Shown: positions 19,373 to 29,616, counted from the first letter of the stretch. The stretch: 64,000 nt of DNA from Armatimonadota bacterium (GCA_039679675.1 JBDKUN010000019.1:1-64000); one strand, 5' to 3'. The notes: generated from the letters alone by a model not told the origin. Numbers and translations: made by a program.

Positions 19373-20345
19373 CCAGCATGGCCCTGAGAGGCAGTTGGCC
19401 GAACAGGTTGGTCTGCGCTTTCTGGCTGTCCCAAGCGGGCCTATAGCAGGAATGTCATTGAAAACGGTGCGCTCTATGGGGCGGCTTGGCCTCGGTATCG
19501 TGAAGGCATGCTCTATCCTGCGAGAGTTCAAGCCGGATGTCCTTGTAGGGACTGGCGGCTATACCAGCGCCGGTGTGGCGCTTGCGCAGTGGCTTCTTGG
19601 CGGTAAGGTCGTTATCCACGAACAAAACTCCATCCCCGGCAAGACAAACCGAATGCTTGCGAAGCTTGCAAAAAAAGTATTCGTGACGTTTGAAGAGTCG
19701 GTCGATTATTTTCCCAGGGAAAAGACGGTAGTGACAGGACTTCCGGTGAGACCGGAGATCATAGCAGGCAAAGACAGACGCGCGGCTCGCGAGTCGTTCG
19801 GCCTGGACCCGGACAAGTTCACTCTGCTGGTTTTCGGCGGAAGCCAGGGAGCGCGGCGCGTAAACGAGATGGTCCTCGAAGCTGTGCCGCAGCTCATCGC
19901 AGCAGGAATACAGGTGCTGCACCAGACCGGAAAGAAGAATTTTGAGGATGTTTCTGCAAAACGGCCGGACCTGTCTGGGTATGTTATCCTTCCATACATA
20001 GACGATATGGCGGGAGCGTATTCGGCGGCTGATCTGGTAGTCTCAAGGAGCGGGGCTTCAAGTATTGCTGAGATTACGGCATGTGGAGTGCCGTCTGTCT
20101 TGATTCCATTCCCTTACGCGCATGCAGACCATCAGACAAAGAACGCCGAAGCTGTCGCACGGGCCGGTGCTGCTATCGCAGTTGCAGAAAAGGGACTGAC
20201 AGGATCAGTACTTACAGGTATAATTATAGAGTTGGCTGCTGACAAGGAGAAAATCAGCAAGATGGCTGAAGCAAGCAGAAAACTCGGCCGCCCGAACGCG
20301 GCGCTTGATATAACAAAAATAATCCGCGATTTAGCGGCGAATTAG
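19263..20345 (+). CDS. murG: Lipid II GlcNAc transferase
   Basis: GGGTGGHIYP, HEQN, GGSQGA and SRSGASS motifs. Confidence 0.97.
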   Translation: MKIVVTGGGTGGHIYPALSIAHQLEAEGVEELLFVGSQHGPERQLAEQVGLRFLAVPSGPIAGMSLKTVRSMGRLGLGIVKACSILREFKPDVLVGTGGYTSAGVALAQWLLGGKVVIHEQNSIPGKTNRMLAKLAKKVFVTFEESVDYFPREKTVVTGLPVRPEIIAGKDRRAARESFGLDPDKFTLLVFGGSQGARRVNEMVLEAVPQLIAAGIQVLHQTGKKNFEDVSAKRPDLSGYVILPYIDDMAGAYSAADLVVSRSGASSIAEITACGVPSVLIPFPYAHADHQTKNAEAVARAGAAIAVAEKGLTGSVLTGIIIELAADKEKISKMAEASRKLGRPNAALDITKIIRDLAAN

Positions 20346-20361
20346 TGGGAATCAATATTTT

Positions 20362-21717
20362 ATGACCAGCAAGACTCATTTTATCGGCATAGGTGGAGCC
20401 GGGATGAGCGCTATAGCTCGTGTGATGCATCACCGGGGCGAAAGCGTTTCAGGTTCCGATCAAAGAGAAAGCAAGACAACCGACACCTTGTTGTCTGAAG
20501 GCATAGATGTAAAAATAGGGCACGATGCGGCTAATGTGAAGGGCGCATCGCTCGTGGTTTACTCAGCGGCAGTGCCGGAAGACAACCCGGAACGCGTGGA
20601 AGCCGTGCGGTTGGGAATCCCGACTATCAGCAGGGCCGAAATGCTTGGCCGGTTAATGAAGCCTTACCACCACAGAGTCGCCATTACCGGCACACACGGT
20701 AAAACCACGACTACATCTATGGTCAGTATGGTGCTTTCTGCTGCGAAACTCGATCCGACTGTGCTGATAGGGGGAGATCTGAACGCCCTCGGCGGGAATG
20801 CGCGGGTCGGCGCCAAGTCGCTTTTTGTGGCGGAAGCCTGCGAAGCATTCAACTCCTTTCTGGACCTTTATCCCAGCATCGCTGTTATAACCAATATTGA
20901 TGCGGACCATCTGGACTACCATGGAACGCTCGAAAATATCATCAAGAGCTTCGAGAAGTTCGTGAGCCAGGTGGATGACGACGGCTGCGTGATAGCCTGC
21001 GTAGATGACCCCAATGTCTGCAATATTCTGAAGAATGTATCGAAACGTATCATCGGTTATTCGGTCAATGGAAATGGTGATATTCGCGCTGAAGATATTT
21101 CGGTCGACTCTCCACAGGCAAGTTATGAGCTCGTTAAGGACGGCGAGAGGCTTGGAAGGGTGACGCTTGGTGTTACAGGTGTGCAGAATATCGCCAATTC
21201 TCTTGCGGCGGCCGCGACCGGGTTCGAGCTTGGTGTGAGTTTCGATGCAATCCGCGCGGGGCTCGCCGATTTTACCGGTACAGGCCGCAGGTTCGAGCAG
21301 ATTGCCACGATAAACGACATTATGATCATCGATGACTACGCTCACCATCCGACAGAGATCAAAGCAACGCTTACTTCCGCCCGCGCTGGGTGGAACAGAA
21401 GAATCGTAGCAGTTTTCCAGCCGCACCTCTATTCCCGCACTAAATTCTTTGCCAAGGAGTTCGCGGAAGCCCTTTCGAATGCCGATGTTGTGGTAGTGAC
21501 GGGCATTTATGCCGCCCGCGAGAAGCCGATAGAAGGCGTGACAGCTGAAATGATTGCAAATAAGATCGAGAACTCCAAAGTCCACTACATACCGGACAAG
21601 TCGAATATAGTGGACTTTTTGCTGACCGAGATCAAGCCCGGAGATATGGTCATAACTATCGGGGCAGGCGACATTAGGACCGTTGGAGAAGATTTAGCTG
21701 CCAAAGTGGGCCGGTAG
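20362..21717 (+). CDS. murC: UDP-MurNAc:L-Ala ligase
   Basis: HFIGIGGAGMS, GTHGKTTT, DDYAHHPTE and FQPHLYSRT motifs. Confidence 0.97.
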   Translation: MTSKTHFIGIGGAGMSAIARVMHHRGESVSGSDQRESKTTDTLLSEGIDVKIGHDAANVKGASLVVYSAAVPEDNPERVEAVRLGIPTISRAEMLGRLMKPYHHRVAITGTHGKTTTTSMVSMVLSAAKLDPTVLIGGDLNALGGNARVGAKSLFVAEACEAFNSFLDLYPSIAVITNIDADHLDYHGTLENIIKSFEKFVSQVDDDGCVIACVDDPNVCNILKNVSKRIIGYSVNGNGDIRAEDISVDSPQASYELVKDGERLGRVTLGVTGVQNIANSLAAAATGFELGVSFDAIRAGLADFTGTGRRFEQIATINDIMIIDDYAHHPTEIKATLTSARAGWNRRIVAVFQPHLYSRTKFFAKEFAEALSNADVVVVTGIYAAREKPIEGVTAEMIANKIENSKVHYIPDKSNIVDFLLTEIKPGDMVITIGAGDIRTVGEDLAAKVGR

Positions 21718-21763
21718 GTACTTTCTTCCTTTCGTGAAAAAAGCCCTTGGGCTATAGAGTATA

Positions 21764-22264
21764 ATGATTAAAAAGATAAACTTGGCAATACTTCTGCTCA
21801 TCATTTCCGTAAGTCTTCCTGCATATGCGGGGACGTTTTCGGACAAGGTGGGCGATTTTACGTTCCCTGCGATAGGGATAGCTGCTGCGCTTCCTGCGCT
21901 TGAAGGGTCAAAGGGCTTCCCTGAGGCTGCCCGCCGGTACGACGGTGTGCTTGTGGCGCTTTCCGTGACGGGACTGCTCAAAGAGTGTGTCCATGAGTGG
22001 CGGCCTGACCGGAGTGATGACAAGAGCTTCCCAAGCGCCCATACAGCGGCGGCATTTGCTGTCGCCGAAACGCTTTCGGAGGAGCATCCCAAAGATAAGT
22101 GGCTGTATTACGGCCTCGCAGCGCTTATAGGATGGTCAAGAGTCGAAAGCGATAAACATTACTGGCGTGATGTCGCGGCTGGGGCGGCTATAGGGTACAC
22201 TTCAGGCAAATGGTCAATAGAAAGCAGCGACGGAATATTAATAGGTAAGGTTTTCAGGTGGTAA
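21764..22264 (+). CDS. PAP2-family phosphatase
   Basis: K..(EW)RP, SFPSAH and SRVESDKHYWRDV correspond to PAP2 motifs C1-C3. Confidence 0.85.
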   Translation: MIKKINLAILLLIISVSLPAYAGTFSDKVGDFTFPAIGIAAALPALEGSKGFPEAARRYDGVLVALSVTGLLKECVHEWRPDRSDDKSFPSAHTAAAFAVAETLSEEHPKDKWLYYGLAALIGWSRVESDKHYWRDVAAGAAIGYTSGKWSIESSDGILIGKVFRW

Positions 22265-22265
22265 T

Positions 22266-23309
22266 ATGCTAAAAGTCGGAATTATCGGCGCTTCCGGTTA
22301 TGCCGGAGGCGAATTGATCAGGTATCTGCTGGGACACCCGGAGGCAAAGATCACTTATCTTGCTTCGGATACATATAGGGGAAAGCACATAGGGTGTGCG
22401 TTTTCCAGCTTGCTTGGGCATGACCTGCCGCAGTGCTGTTCCTTCAGCGAAGACGGCGGTACGGACCGGGCGGATGTATTTTTCCTTGCTCAACACAACG
22501 GGTGGGCCATGAAGATTGCTCCTCAGCTCCTGGATGAAGGGAAGAAAGTCATCGACATGTCGGCGGACTTCAGGTTCCGCGACGCAGGAGTCTACGAGCA
22601 GTGGTATAAGACCGAGCATATTACCAAAGACCTGTCTCGAAAGGCCGTCTACGGGCTGCCAGAGCTGAAAAAGGAGTCGATTGTTTCGGCGTCCCTCATC
22701 GCAAACCCCGGCTGCTACCCGACCAGCGCGATACTCGCTCTTGCCCCGGCTGTGTCATCGGGGTTGGTCGATCCGTCAGGGATAATCGTAGACTCCAAAT
22801 CCGGGCTTTCAGGGGCCGGACGAAGCAAATTTGAGGTTGGTTATCTTTTTTCGGAAGTGGACGGCAGTTTCAAGCCTTACGGAGTCGGCACACATCGCCA
22901 TACGCCTGAGATAGAGCAGGAAATATCAGAACTTGCGGGGAAATCTGTCCGTATAAGCTTCTCTCCGCACCTCGTGCCGATGATCCGTGGGATTCTGACC
23001 ACGGCGTACGCTTCTCTCACAAAAGACGCGGCAACAGCGGATGTTATCCAGATGTATAAAGAATATTATGCTAAGTCGCAGTTCGTGGTCGTTCTGGGCG
23101 AAGGGGAGTATCCTTCCACTAAGAGCGTCGCCGGAACGAACTACTGCCATATCGGCCTAAAAGTAGATAGCCGCACAGACCGGTTGATCGTAATGTCGGC
23201 GATTGATAATATGGGCAAAGGAGCAGCGGGCCAGGCGGTTCAAAATCTGAACCTTATATCCGGCCTGCCGGAAGACATGGGGCTTACCGGCACGGCGGTT
23301 TACCCGTAA
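22266..23309 (+). CDS. argC: N-acetyl-gamma-glutamyl-phosphate reductase
   Basis: GASGYAG, ANPGCYPT, SGLSGAGR, HRHTPEI and DNMGKGAAGQAVQN motifs. Confidence 0.97.
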   Translation: MLKVGIIGASGYAGGELIRYLLGHPEAKITYLASDTYRGKHIGCAFSSLLGHDLPQCCSFSEDGGTDRADVFFLAQHNGWAMKIAPQLLDEGKKVIDMSADFRFRDAGVYEQWYKTEHITKDLSRKAVYGLPELKKESIVSASLIANPGCYPTSAILALAPAVSSGLVDPSGIIVDSKSGLSGAGRSKFEVGYLFSEVDGSFKPYGVGTHRHTPEIEQEISELAGKSVRISFSPHLVPMIRGILTTAYASLTKDAATADVIQMYKEYYAKSQFVVVLGEGEYPSTKSVAGTNYCHIGLKVDSRTDRLIVMSAIDNMGKGAAGQAVQNLNLISGLPEDMGLTGTAVYP

Positions 23310-23313
23310 TAAT

Positions 23314-24516
23314 ATGATGAAGAAGATAGAAGGCGCGGTGACCGCGCCAAAGGGATTTTCAGCAGCAGGTGCGCGCTGCGGGATAAAGGCGCAGGGAACT
23401 GACCTCGCTCTCATCGTTTCAGATGTAGATGCGAGCTGTGCGGGGTTGTTTACTACCAACGCTTTCAAGGCTGCGCCGGTATTGGTGTCCTCTGAGCACG
23501 CAGCATCAGGACATAGCAGGGCTGTCGTGGCCAACAGCGGTAACGCGAACGCCTGCACAGGCGAGCGCGGCATGAGTGACGCAGTCCGCATGACAAGTCT
23601 TGTGGCGGATGCAGCCGGGTTGGATGTGAACGACGTAATGGTCTGCTCGACTGGCGTGATCGGCCATTTTCTGCCGATGGATAAGATCGAGGCCGGGATT
23701 AAGGCCGCAGCGCAGGCGCTTTCACCGGACGGCGGCCTCGATGCTGCCCGTGCAATAATGACAACAGACCGCCGCATGAAGGCTGTAGCCTATGAGTTCG
23801 AGATCGACGGCAAGCCTGTCAGAATGGGGGCGATTGCCAAAGGTTCCGGGATGATATGCCCGAATGTTGCCACCATGTTCTGTTTTATCACGACAGACGC
23901 CGCCATCGAGCCGGAAATACTTCATTCTTGTCTGGCGAAGTCTGCAGAATGCTCTTTCAACAGCCTGACAGTCGATGGGGATACGAGCACAAACGACTCC
24001 GTGATCATGCTGGCAAACGGTCTCGCAGGGAACAAAAAAATCGAGCCGGGAACCCCTGCTCTTGAGGTATTCCAATCGGTGCTCGATACCATTACTGTCG
24101 AATTAGCCCGCGAGATAGCACGGGACGGGGAAGGCGCAACAAAACTTGTCGAAGTAGTGGTCAAAAATGCCGCCGGGTATCAGGGCGCCAAAACCATAGC
24201 CCTGACCATCGCCAACTCGCCGCTCGTCAAGACTGCGGTCTTTGGTGAAGACCCCAACTGGGGCAGAATTCTTGCCGCTGCCGGCAGGTCCGGTGTAAAA
24301 CTCGATCCCGCAAAGATCGACCTTTACCTGGGCGATCTCTTGATCGTAAAAAACGGCAATCCGCTCGATCTCCCGGCCGATGAAGCCCGCCATCCGATGC
24401 TCGAACCGGAGATTGTAGTAACTCTGGATCTCAATATGGGCAGCTCATCGGCAAAAGTCTTCACGTGCGACTTCTCATACGACTACGTCAAGATCAATGC
24501 GGAGTATCATACGTAG
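23314..24516 (+). CDS. argJ: Ornithine acetyltransferase / N-acetylglutamate synthase
   Basis: NSGNANACTG, KGSGMICPNVATM, DGDTSTND, DGEGATK and DYVKINAEYHT motifs. Confidence 0.97.
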   Translation: MMKKIEGAVTAPKGFSAAGARCGIKAQGTDLALIVSDVDASCAGLFTTNAFKAAPVLVSSEHAASGHSRAVVANSGNANACTGERGMSDAVRMTSLVADAAGLDVNDVMVCSTGVIGHFLPMDKIEAGIKAAAQALSPDGGLDAARAIMTTDRRMKAVAYEFEIDGKPVRMGAIAKGSGMICPNVATMFCFITTDAAIEPEILHSCLAKSAECSFNSLTVDGDTSTNDSVIMLANGLAGNKKIEPGTPALEVFQSVLDTITVELAREIARDGEGATKLVEVVVKNAAGYQGAKTIALTIANSPLVKTAVFGEDPNWGRILAAAGRSGVKLDPAKIDLYLGDLLIVKNGNPLDLPADEARHPMLEPEIVVTLDLNMGSSSAKVFTCDFSYDYVKINAEYHT

Positions 24517-24609
24517 GGAACAGAAAACTTCACTCGGGCTGTATTTGTAATGCAGCCCGCAGATCCCTACCACGTAGGAAACCATCCGCATCCCCTATTC
24601 CCTTCTTCT

Positions 24610-24656
24610 GAACATCCGTTCGCTTGCTTGCTCTTGAGCTGTGGCGATGGTATAAT
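24610..24656 (+). promoter_or_regulatory. LexA-type box plus sigma70 promoter pointing towards polA
   Basis: Perfect GAAC-ATCC-GTTC (24610-24621) 6 bp upstream of TTGCTC(24628)-17 nt-TATAAT(24651), with TG extension. Confidence 0.6.
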
Positions 24657-24693
24657 TTATTGTTTTGGATATGTGGCTTTTGCGAGGGATTAC

Positions 24694-24779
24694 TGGTGCC
24701 GAAGGTGGGACTCGAACCCACACAAGGTCGCCCTTACCGGTTTTTGAGACCGGCGCGTCTACCATTCCGCCACTTCGGC
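24694..24779 (-). tRNA. tRNA-Leu (CAA)
   Basis: Reverse complement GCCGAAGTGGCGGAATGGTAGACGCGCCGGTCTCAAAAACCGGT...GGGTTCGAGTCCCACCTTCGGCACCA; long variable arm, anticodon CAA. Confidence 0.97.
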
Positions 24780-24788
24780 AAGTATCTT

Positions 24789-24817
24789 ATTATATGAACT
24801 CACTGAACCAAAGTCAA
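24789..24817 (-). promoter_or_regulatory. Sigma70 promoter of tRNA-Leu
   Basis: Minus strand TTGACT-17 nt-TATAAT ending 9 nt before the tRNA. Confidence 0.7.
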
Positions 24818-24849
24818 GACAGGGAATTGGAAGGTCTCCAATAAACACA

Positions 24850-27588
24850 ATGAAAGATAACGGCGAAAGCCGAAGACATAAACTTGTAGCAATAGACGGA
24901 AACAGCCTGCTTTACAGGGCGTTTTTCGCGATGAAGCATCTCTCCACAGTAAGCGGTCAGCCGACTAACGCTGTCTATGGCTTCACGATGATGCTTCTCA
25001 GGCTGCTTCAGGAGGAGAAGCCTGATTCCATAATCGTGGCGTTCGATGCGCCCGTCAAGACGTTCCGGCATAAAGAATACGATGGTTATAAAGCCCATCG
25101 CAAGCCAACTCCTGATGAGCTTCTTGCCCAGGCCCCGATTGCGCGTGAGATGGTCGAAGCATTCAGGATTCCTATGGTGGAAGTCCCCGGTTTCGAGGCG
25201 GACGATGTTATCGGCACTGTCGCAAGACAGGCGTGCGAGCAGGGCTACGACACTCTGATAGTTACCGGCGACCTCGACGTACTTCAGCTCGTAAACGATT
25301 GCGTGAAGGTTATGACTACGGTGAAGGGCGTCACCGACACGGTTATTTACGACGCGCAGGCGGTGGAGGACAGGTTCGGCATAACCCCAGAGCAGATGGT
25401 CGATTTCAAGGCACTGAAGGGCGATCCGTCGGACAATATACCCGGAGTGCCGGGGGTAGGGGACAAGACCGCTGCGATACTCGTGAAGAGGTTTGGGAGT
25501 GTTGAAACGCTCCTTGAGCACATCGGCGAGATCGAGCAGCCCAAGCTTCGCGCCACGTTGGAGAAGTCGGTCGAGCAGGCGAAAATGTCTAAATATCTGG
25601 CGCAGATCGTGACGGATGTGCCGATTCAATACAGCCTTGATGAATTGAAGACCCGCGAACCGGACTATGAAAGGCTGCGCGAGCTGTTCCGCGAACTGGA
25701 GTTCAGGACGCTTATAAAGCGGCTTCCTGAGCCTTCGTCCGGCGAGGTTGTAGAAGACAGGCCGAAGGCGGAACTTGGAGCATGCAGGACGGTCGAAAGC
25801 GATAAAGAGTTTTCGGCGCTAATGGAGTGGCTCAAATCAGCTGGATCGTTTGCGCTCAGAACCCACCGGACACAGGGGAAGCCGACTGAGAGTGACCTTA
25901 TCGGGATTTCTTTCTCGACAGGTTCTGGTGAGACAGCTTACGTGAGAATATCTGGCGGAGAAGACCCTGAAAACGGTGGACAAAGCCTTCTGATCGACTT
26001 CGGAGAAAGCCCGTTTGCCGTGGATGTGGCTGCATTTCGGGGTATTTTGGAGTCTTGCGATCTCCTCAAATGCGGCCATGACCTGAAATCTGACTATGAA
26101 GCACTCAAGCTGCGAGGTGTCAAACTTTGTGGAATGAGCTTTGACACTATGATAGGCGCGTACGTGCTGAACTCAGCAAGGAGCGGCTATGCGGTCAATG
26201 ATGTCGCTTTCGAACAGCTTGGGCTTGAGCTTCCGCAGATAGACCGCAAGTCGAAGGACAAAGATTCGCAGCCGAGCCCGGAAAAAGTGACCTGCGCGGA
26301 GGCGGAAGCCGTGTGGCGGCTGGTCCCTGTGCTCCGCGAAAAGCTAGAACAGGACGATTTGATGGTCCTTCTCGAGAAGATAGAGATGCCGCTCATCCCT
26401 GTCCTTGCCGATATGGAGCTTCGCGGCGTATCTGTCGATACGGAATATCTGAGACAGCTTTCCGTGAGGCTAAACGATAGGATACGGGAGCTTGAACACG
26501 AAATTTATGCTTTGGCGGGCCACGAGTTCAACATAGGGTCGCCGAAACAGCTTCAGACGGTGCTTTATGAAGAGCGACAGATACCTGTGGGCAAGAAAAA
26601 CAAGACCGGCTATTCGACCAATGCGGAAACACTTGAGGCGCTTGCTACGGCACACCCGATAGTGGCAAAAATACTCGAGTGGCGTGAGCTTTCGAAGCTC
26701 AAATCGACATATGCAGACGCACTTCCTAAACTGATTAACCCGAAAACGGGGAGAATCCACACATCGCTCAATCAAGCCGTGACCACGACCGGAAGGCTCT
26801 CATCAAGTGAGCCGAATTTGCAGAATATACCGGTCCGGACGGAGATCGGCCGCGAGATACGAAATGCGTTTATCTCGACTGGTGAAAACCTGCTGGTCTC
26901 GGCGGACTACTCGCAGATAGAGCTTAGAATTCTGGCGCATGTGACGGATGATTTCGAGCTTGTGAGGGCGTTCGAGTCGGGTGAGGACATTCACCTGCAC
27001 ACTGCTTCCACCGTGTTCGGCATTCCCGAAAGCGAAGTCACCCCGGATATGAGGCGGATCGCCAAAACGGTAAACTTTGCAGTTATTTACGGAATGAGTG
27101 ACTTCGGCCTTGCCCGTGAGCTCGGTATTCCGAACAGAGAAGCACGTAGCTTCATTGACCGTTACTTCGCAAAGTTCCCCGGAGTAAGGCGCTATACGGA
27201 TGAAACGCTGGATTACGCGAGAGAAAAGGGGTATGTAACGACGCTTATAGGGCGGAGACGCTACATTCCTGAAATTCACAGCGGAAACAGGAATTTCAGG
27301 CTGTTTGCCGAACGCGCTGCAGTGAACATGCCTATCCAGGGCGCGGCAGCGGACATGATGAAGCTCGCGATGATCGCTGTAGACCGCGCGCTCGAAAAAG
27401 AGGGGTTGAAGACCCAGATGATCCTGCAGGTCCATGATGAATTGGTGTTCGAAGTCCCGCCGGAAGAGGTCAGCCGGGTAGTCCCATTAGTGAAGAATTT
27501 GATGGAAACTGCATATCCCCTGGCTGTCCCGCTCCTGGCGGACGTAAAAATCGGGAAGAATTGGGCCGAAATGGAGCCGGTCTCTTGA
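24850..27588 (+). CDS. polA: DNA polymerase I
   Basis: IDGNSLLYRAFF, EADD, GDPSDNIPGVPGVG, TGRLSSSEPNLQNIP, ADYSQIELR and LQVHDELV motifs. Confidence 0.98.
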   Translation: MKDNGESRRHKLVAIDGNSLLYRAFFAMKHLSTVSGQPTNAVYGFTMMLLRLLQEEKPDSIIVAFDAPVKTFRHKEYDGYKAHRKPTPDELLAQAPIAREMVEAFRIPMVEVPGFEADDVIGTVARQACEQGYDTLIVTGDLDVLQLVNDCVKVMTTVKGVTDTVIYDAQAVEDRFGITPEQMVDFKALKGDPSDNIPGVPGVGDKTAAILVKRFGSVETLLEHIGEIEQPKLRATLEKSVEQAKMSKYLAQIVTDVPIQYSLDELKTREPDYERLRELFRELEFRTLIKRLPEPSSGEVVEDRPKAELGACRTVESDKEFSALMEWLKSAGSFALRTHRTQGKPTESDLIGISFSTGSGETAYVRISGGEDPENGGQSLLIDFGESPFAVDVAAFRGILESCDLLKCGHDLKSDYEALKLRGVKLCGMSFDTMIGAYVLNSARSGYAVNDVAFEQLGLELPQIDRKSKDKDSQPSPEKVTCAEAEAVWRLVPVLREKLEQDDLMVLLEKIEMPLIPVLADMELRGVSVDTEYLRQLSVRLNDRIRELEHEIYALAGHEFNIGSPKQLQTVLYEERQIPVGKKNKTGYSTNAETLEALATAHPIVAKILEWRELSKLKSTYADALPKLINPKTGRIHTSLNQAVTTTGRLSSSEPNLQNIPVRTEIGREIRNAFISTGENLLVSADYSQIELRILAHVTDDFELVRAFESGEDIHLHTASTVFGIPESEVTPDMRRIAKTVNFAVIYGMSDFGLARELGIPNREARSFIDRYFAKFPGVRRYTDETLDYAREKGYVTTLIGRRRYIPEIHSGNRNFRLFAERAAVNMPIQGAAADMMKLAMIAVDRALEKEGLKTQMILQVHDELVFEVPPEEVSRVVPLVKNLMETAYPLAVPLLADVKIGKNWAEMEPVS

Positions 27589-27885
27589 CGCAGGATTAAG
27601 TAAAGTTTATTATATGCTTTGTGTAGCAATTTCCGCATGGCACATATGTTGTTGCGCGGCTTCTGTTTATACAAAATATGTTTCGGAGCCGGGTTGAGCA
27701 GCAGTCAACTCCGGGCGCTGTTAGGGCCTTTTCCGGTTGGCCGTATGTAAATCAAACCGGTAGAGATTGTGCTGTCAAAAACTCTGCTGCGGTTTTTGAA
27801 CGACAAGTAAATTTGGGTTCCGCATACAATACGGCGATGTCGTGTTCTTTACGGGTGATTCCCAATGAGAGGAGTGTCCTAACAG

Positions 27886-29616
27886 ATGCTGGACGAGAAT
27901 AAAGACCAAGAGACGAACCCTGCAGCCAATGAGTGGTCGGGAACACCGTTCCAAGGCTGGAAAGATTCTGAAAATGGGGAGACTGAAGTGCAAGGAGAAG
28001 AGGGACAGGTGGTCGATCCTGTAAAAGAAGATGTAACTGGGGCTGAAACCCCCGGCGATTCAAATGAGGATGCAACACCTGCTGAGGAGCCTTCGAAGCC
28101 GAGCGAAAGTCCGGCCGAAGTGCCCGAAAAAACTCAGCCTGCGCCCCAGGATAACGCGGGACAGCCCGTAGACTATTCCCAGACTTTTCGCTCACTTCAG
28201 GAAGGGGATGTCGTTAAGGGAGTCGTTGTTCATATAGATAAGGAAGGCGTGCTGGTCGATGTGGGCACTAAGTCTGAGGGAATTGTTCGTCCGAACGAAC
28301 TGAGCCGTCAAACAAATCTTCAGCCGGAAGAAGTCGTTTCAGTCGGCGACAAGATTGACGTATATGTAATGCAGCCAGAAGATCAGGACGGCGGGCTGGT
28401 GCTTTCCAAGAAGCGCGCTGATTTCGAGCGCGCATGGGAGCGGGTAGAAGAAGCCCATCGAAGCGGCAAGACTCTTACAGCTATGGTTTCCGACCGGGTC
28501 AAAGGCGGAATCGTAGTTGATCTGGGCATCCGGGGATTCGTTCCGGCTTCCCACGTGGGCAGCGGCAAGATAAAGAACCTCGATAAGTACGTCGGGCAGT
28601 CGATCCCGCTGAAGGTGATCGAAGTAGACCGGGACCGCCGGAAGGTCGTTCTTTCCAACAGGCTTGCAACCGAGGACGAGCGGGAGAAACAGAGAGCGGA
28701 AACGCTTAAAACACTTGCCGAAGGGCAGGTTAGAGGCGGCGTTGTGCGCAGAATTACCGATTACGGCGCATTCGTTGATCTGGGCGGTATCGATGGCTTG
28801 CTTCATATCAGCGAGATGTCATGGACGAGGATCAAGCATCCTTCCGATGTCGTCAAAGTCGGAGATAAGATCCAGGTAATGGTACTCAAGCTCAACCTGG
28901 ACCAGGGGAAGGTTTCCCTTGGACTCAGGCAGATCCTGCCGGATCCGTGGGCTGAAGTGGAAGCCAGATACCATGTCGGCGACGTTATCAAGGGTAATGT
29001 CTCGCGGCTGGTTCCGTTTGGCGCGTTCGTGCAGGTCGAAGGTGGTATCGAGGGTATTATTCCCAACTCCGAACTTGCAGTCCGCCGTGTGAGCAAACCT
29101 GAGGATGTGGTTTCCGTAGGCCAGGAGGTCGAGGTTAAAGTTATCGACGTCAGACCGGAGGAACGCAGAATGACCCTGTCGCTCAGGCAATTGCAGCCGC
29201 AGCCTCAGAGGGAGCAAAGAGAGCGGTCCGAACCGAGCTACAGCGCCTACAACCGGGAAGAGCCCAAGACGACCATCGGCGATCTGTTCGGTGATATGAT
29301 CCGTGAAGCCAGAGTCGAGCGCCGCGAGCGAAAGCGCCGCGAACGTGAAGAAGCCGATGATGTCGAGATGACTATCGACGCAGAAGAGCCGATGTTCCCT
29401 GAACCGGCTGAGACTCCGGCGGCTGAAGCAGTCGAAGAGACTCCCGAAGTAGCTGAGGAAGCTGCAGCAGTAGTCGAAGAGACCCCTGCAGAACCTCAGC
29501 AGGAAGCTGCCGAGACTGTAGAGGCTGTAGAGGCATCCGAAGAGCCGAAAGCTCAAGCCGAAGAGACAGAGACTTCTGAGCCCGCAGCTGAGGATGAAGA
29601 GTCTAAGGCCGAGTAG
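27886..29616 (+). CDS. rpsA: 30S ribosomal protein S1 (4 S1 domains, long acidic N- and C-terminal extensions)
   Basis: DVGTKSEG, LSKKRAD, GIRGFVPASH, DYGAFVDLGGIDGLLHISEMSW and PFGAFV motifs. Confidence 0.92.
   Translation: MLDENKDQETNPAANEWSGTPFQGWKDSENGETEVQGEEGQVVDPVKEDVTGAETPGDSNEDATPAEEPSKPSESPAEVPEKTQPAPQDNAGQPVDYSQTFRSLQEGDVVKGVVVHIDKEGVLVDVGTKSEGIVRPNELSRQTNLQPEEVVSVGDKIDVYVMQPEDQDGGLVLSKKRADFERAWERVEEAHRSGKTLTAMVSDRVKGGIVVDLGIRGFVPASHVGSGKIKNLDKYVGQSIPLKVIEVDRDRRKVVLSNRLATEDEREKQRAETLKTLAEGQVRGGVVRRITDYGAFVDLGGIDGLLHISEMSWTRIKHPSDVVKVGDKIQVMVLKLNLDQGKVSLGLRQILPDPWAEVEARYHVGDVIKGNVSRLVPFGAFVQVEGGIEGIIPNSELAVRRVSKPEDVVSVGQEVEVKVIDVRPEERRMTLSLRQLQPQPQREQRERSEPSYSAYNREEPKTTIGDLFGDMIREARVERRERKRREREEADDVEMTIDAEEPMFPEPAETPAAEAVEETPEVAEEAAAVVEETPAEPQQEAAETVEAVEASEEPKAQAEETETSEPAAEDEESKAE

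Noticed and set aside
24814..25629. Long antisense ORFs (also 17572-18462, 20653-21585, 28819-29556, 42686-43501)
   Set aside because: They are shadows of well-supported genes on the opposite strand, with no motifs of their own.
25830..25880. PolA proofreading motif appears degenerate (FALRTHRT instead of DxE)
   Set aside because: An inactive 3'-5' exonuclease domain is common in PolA of many bacteria.
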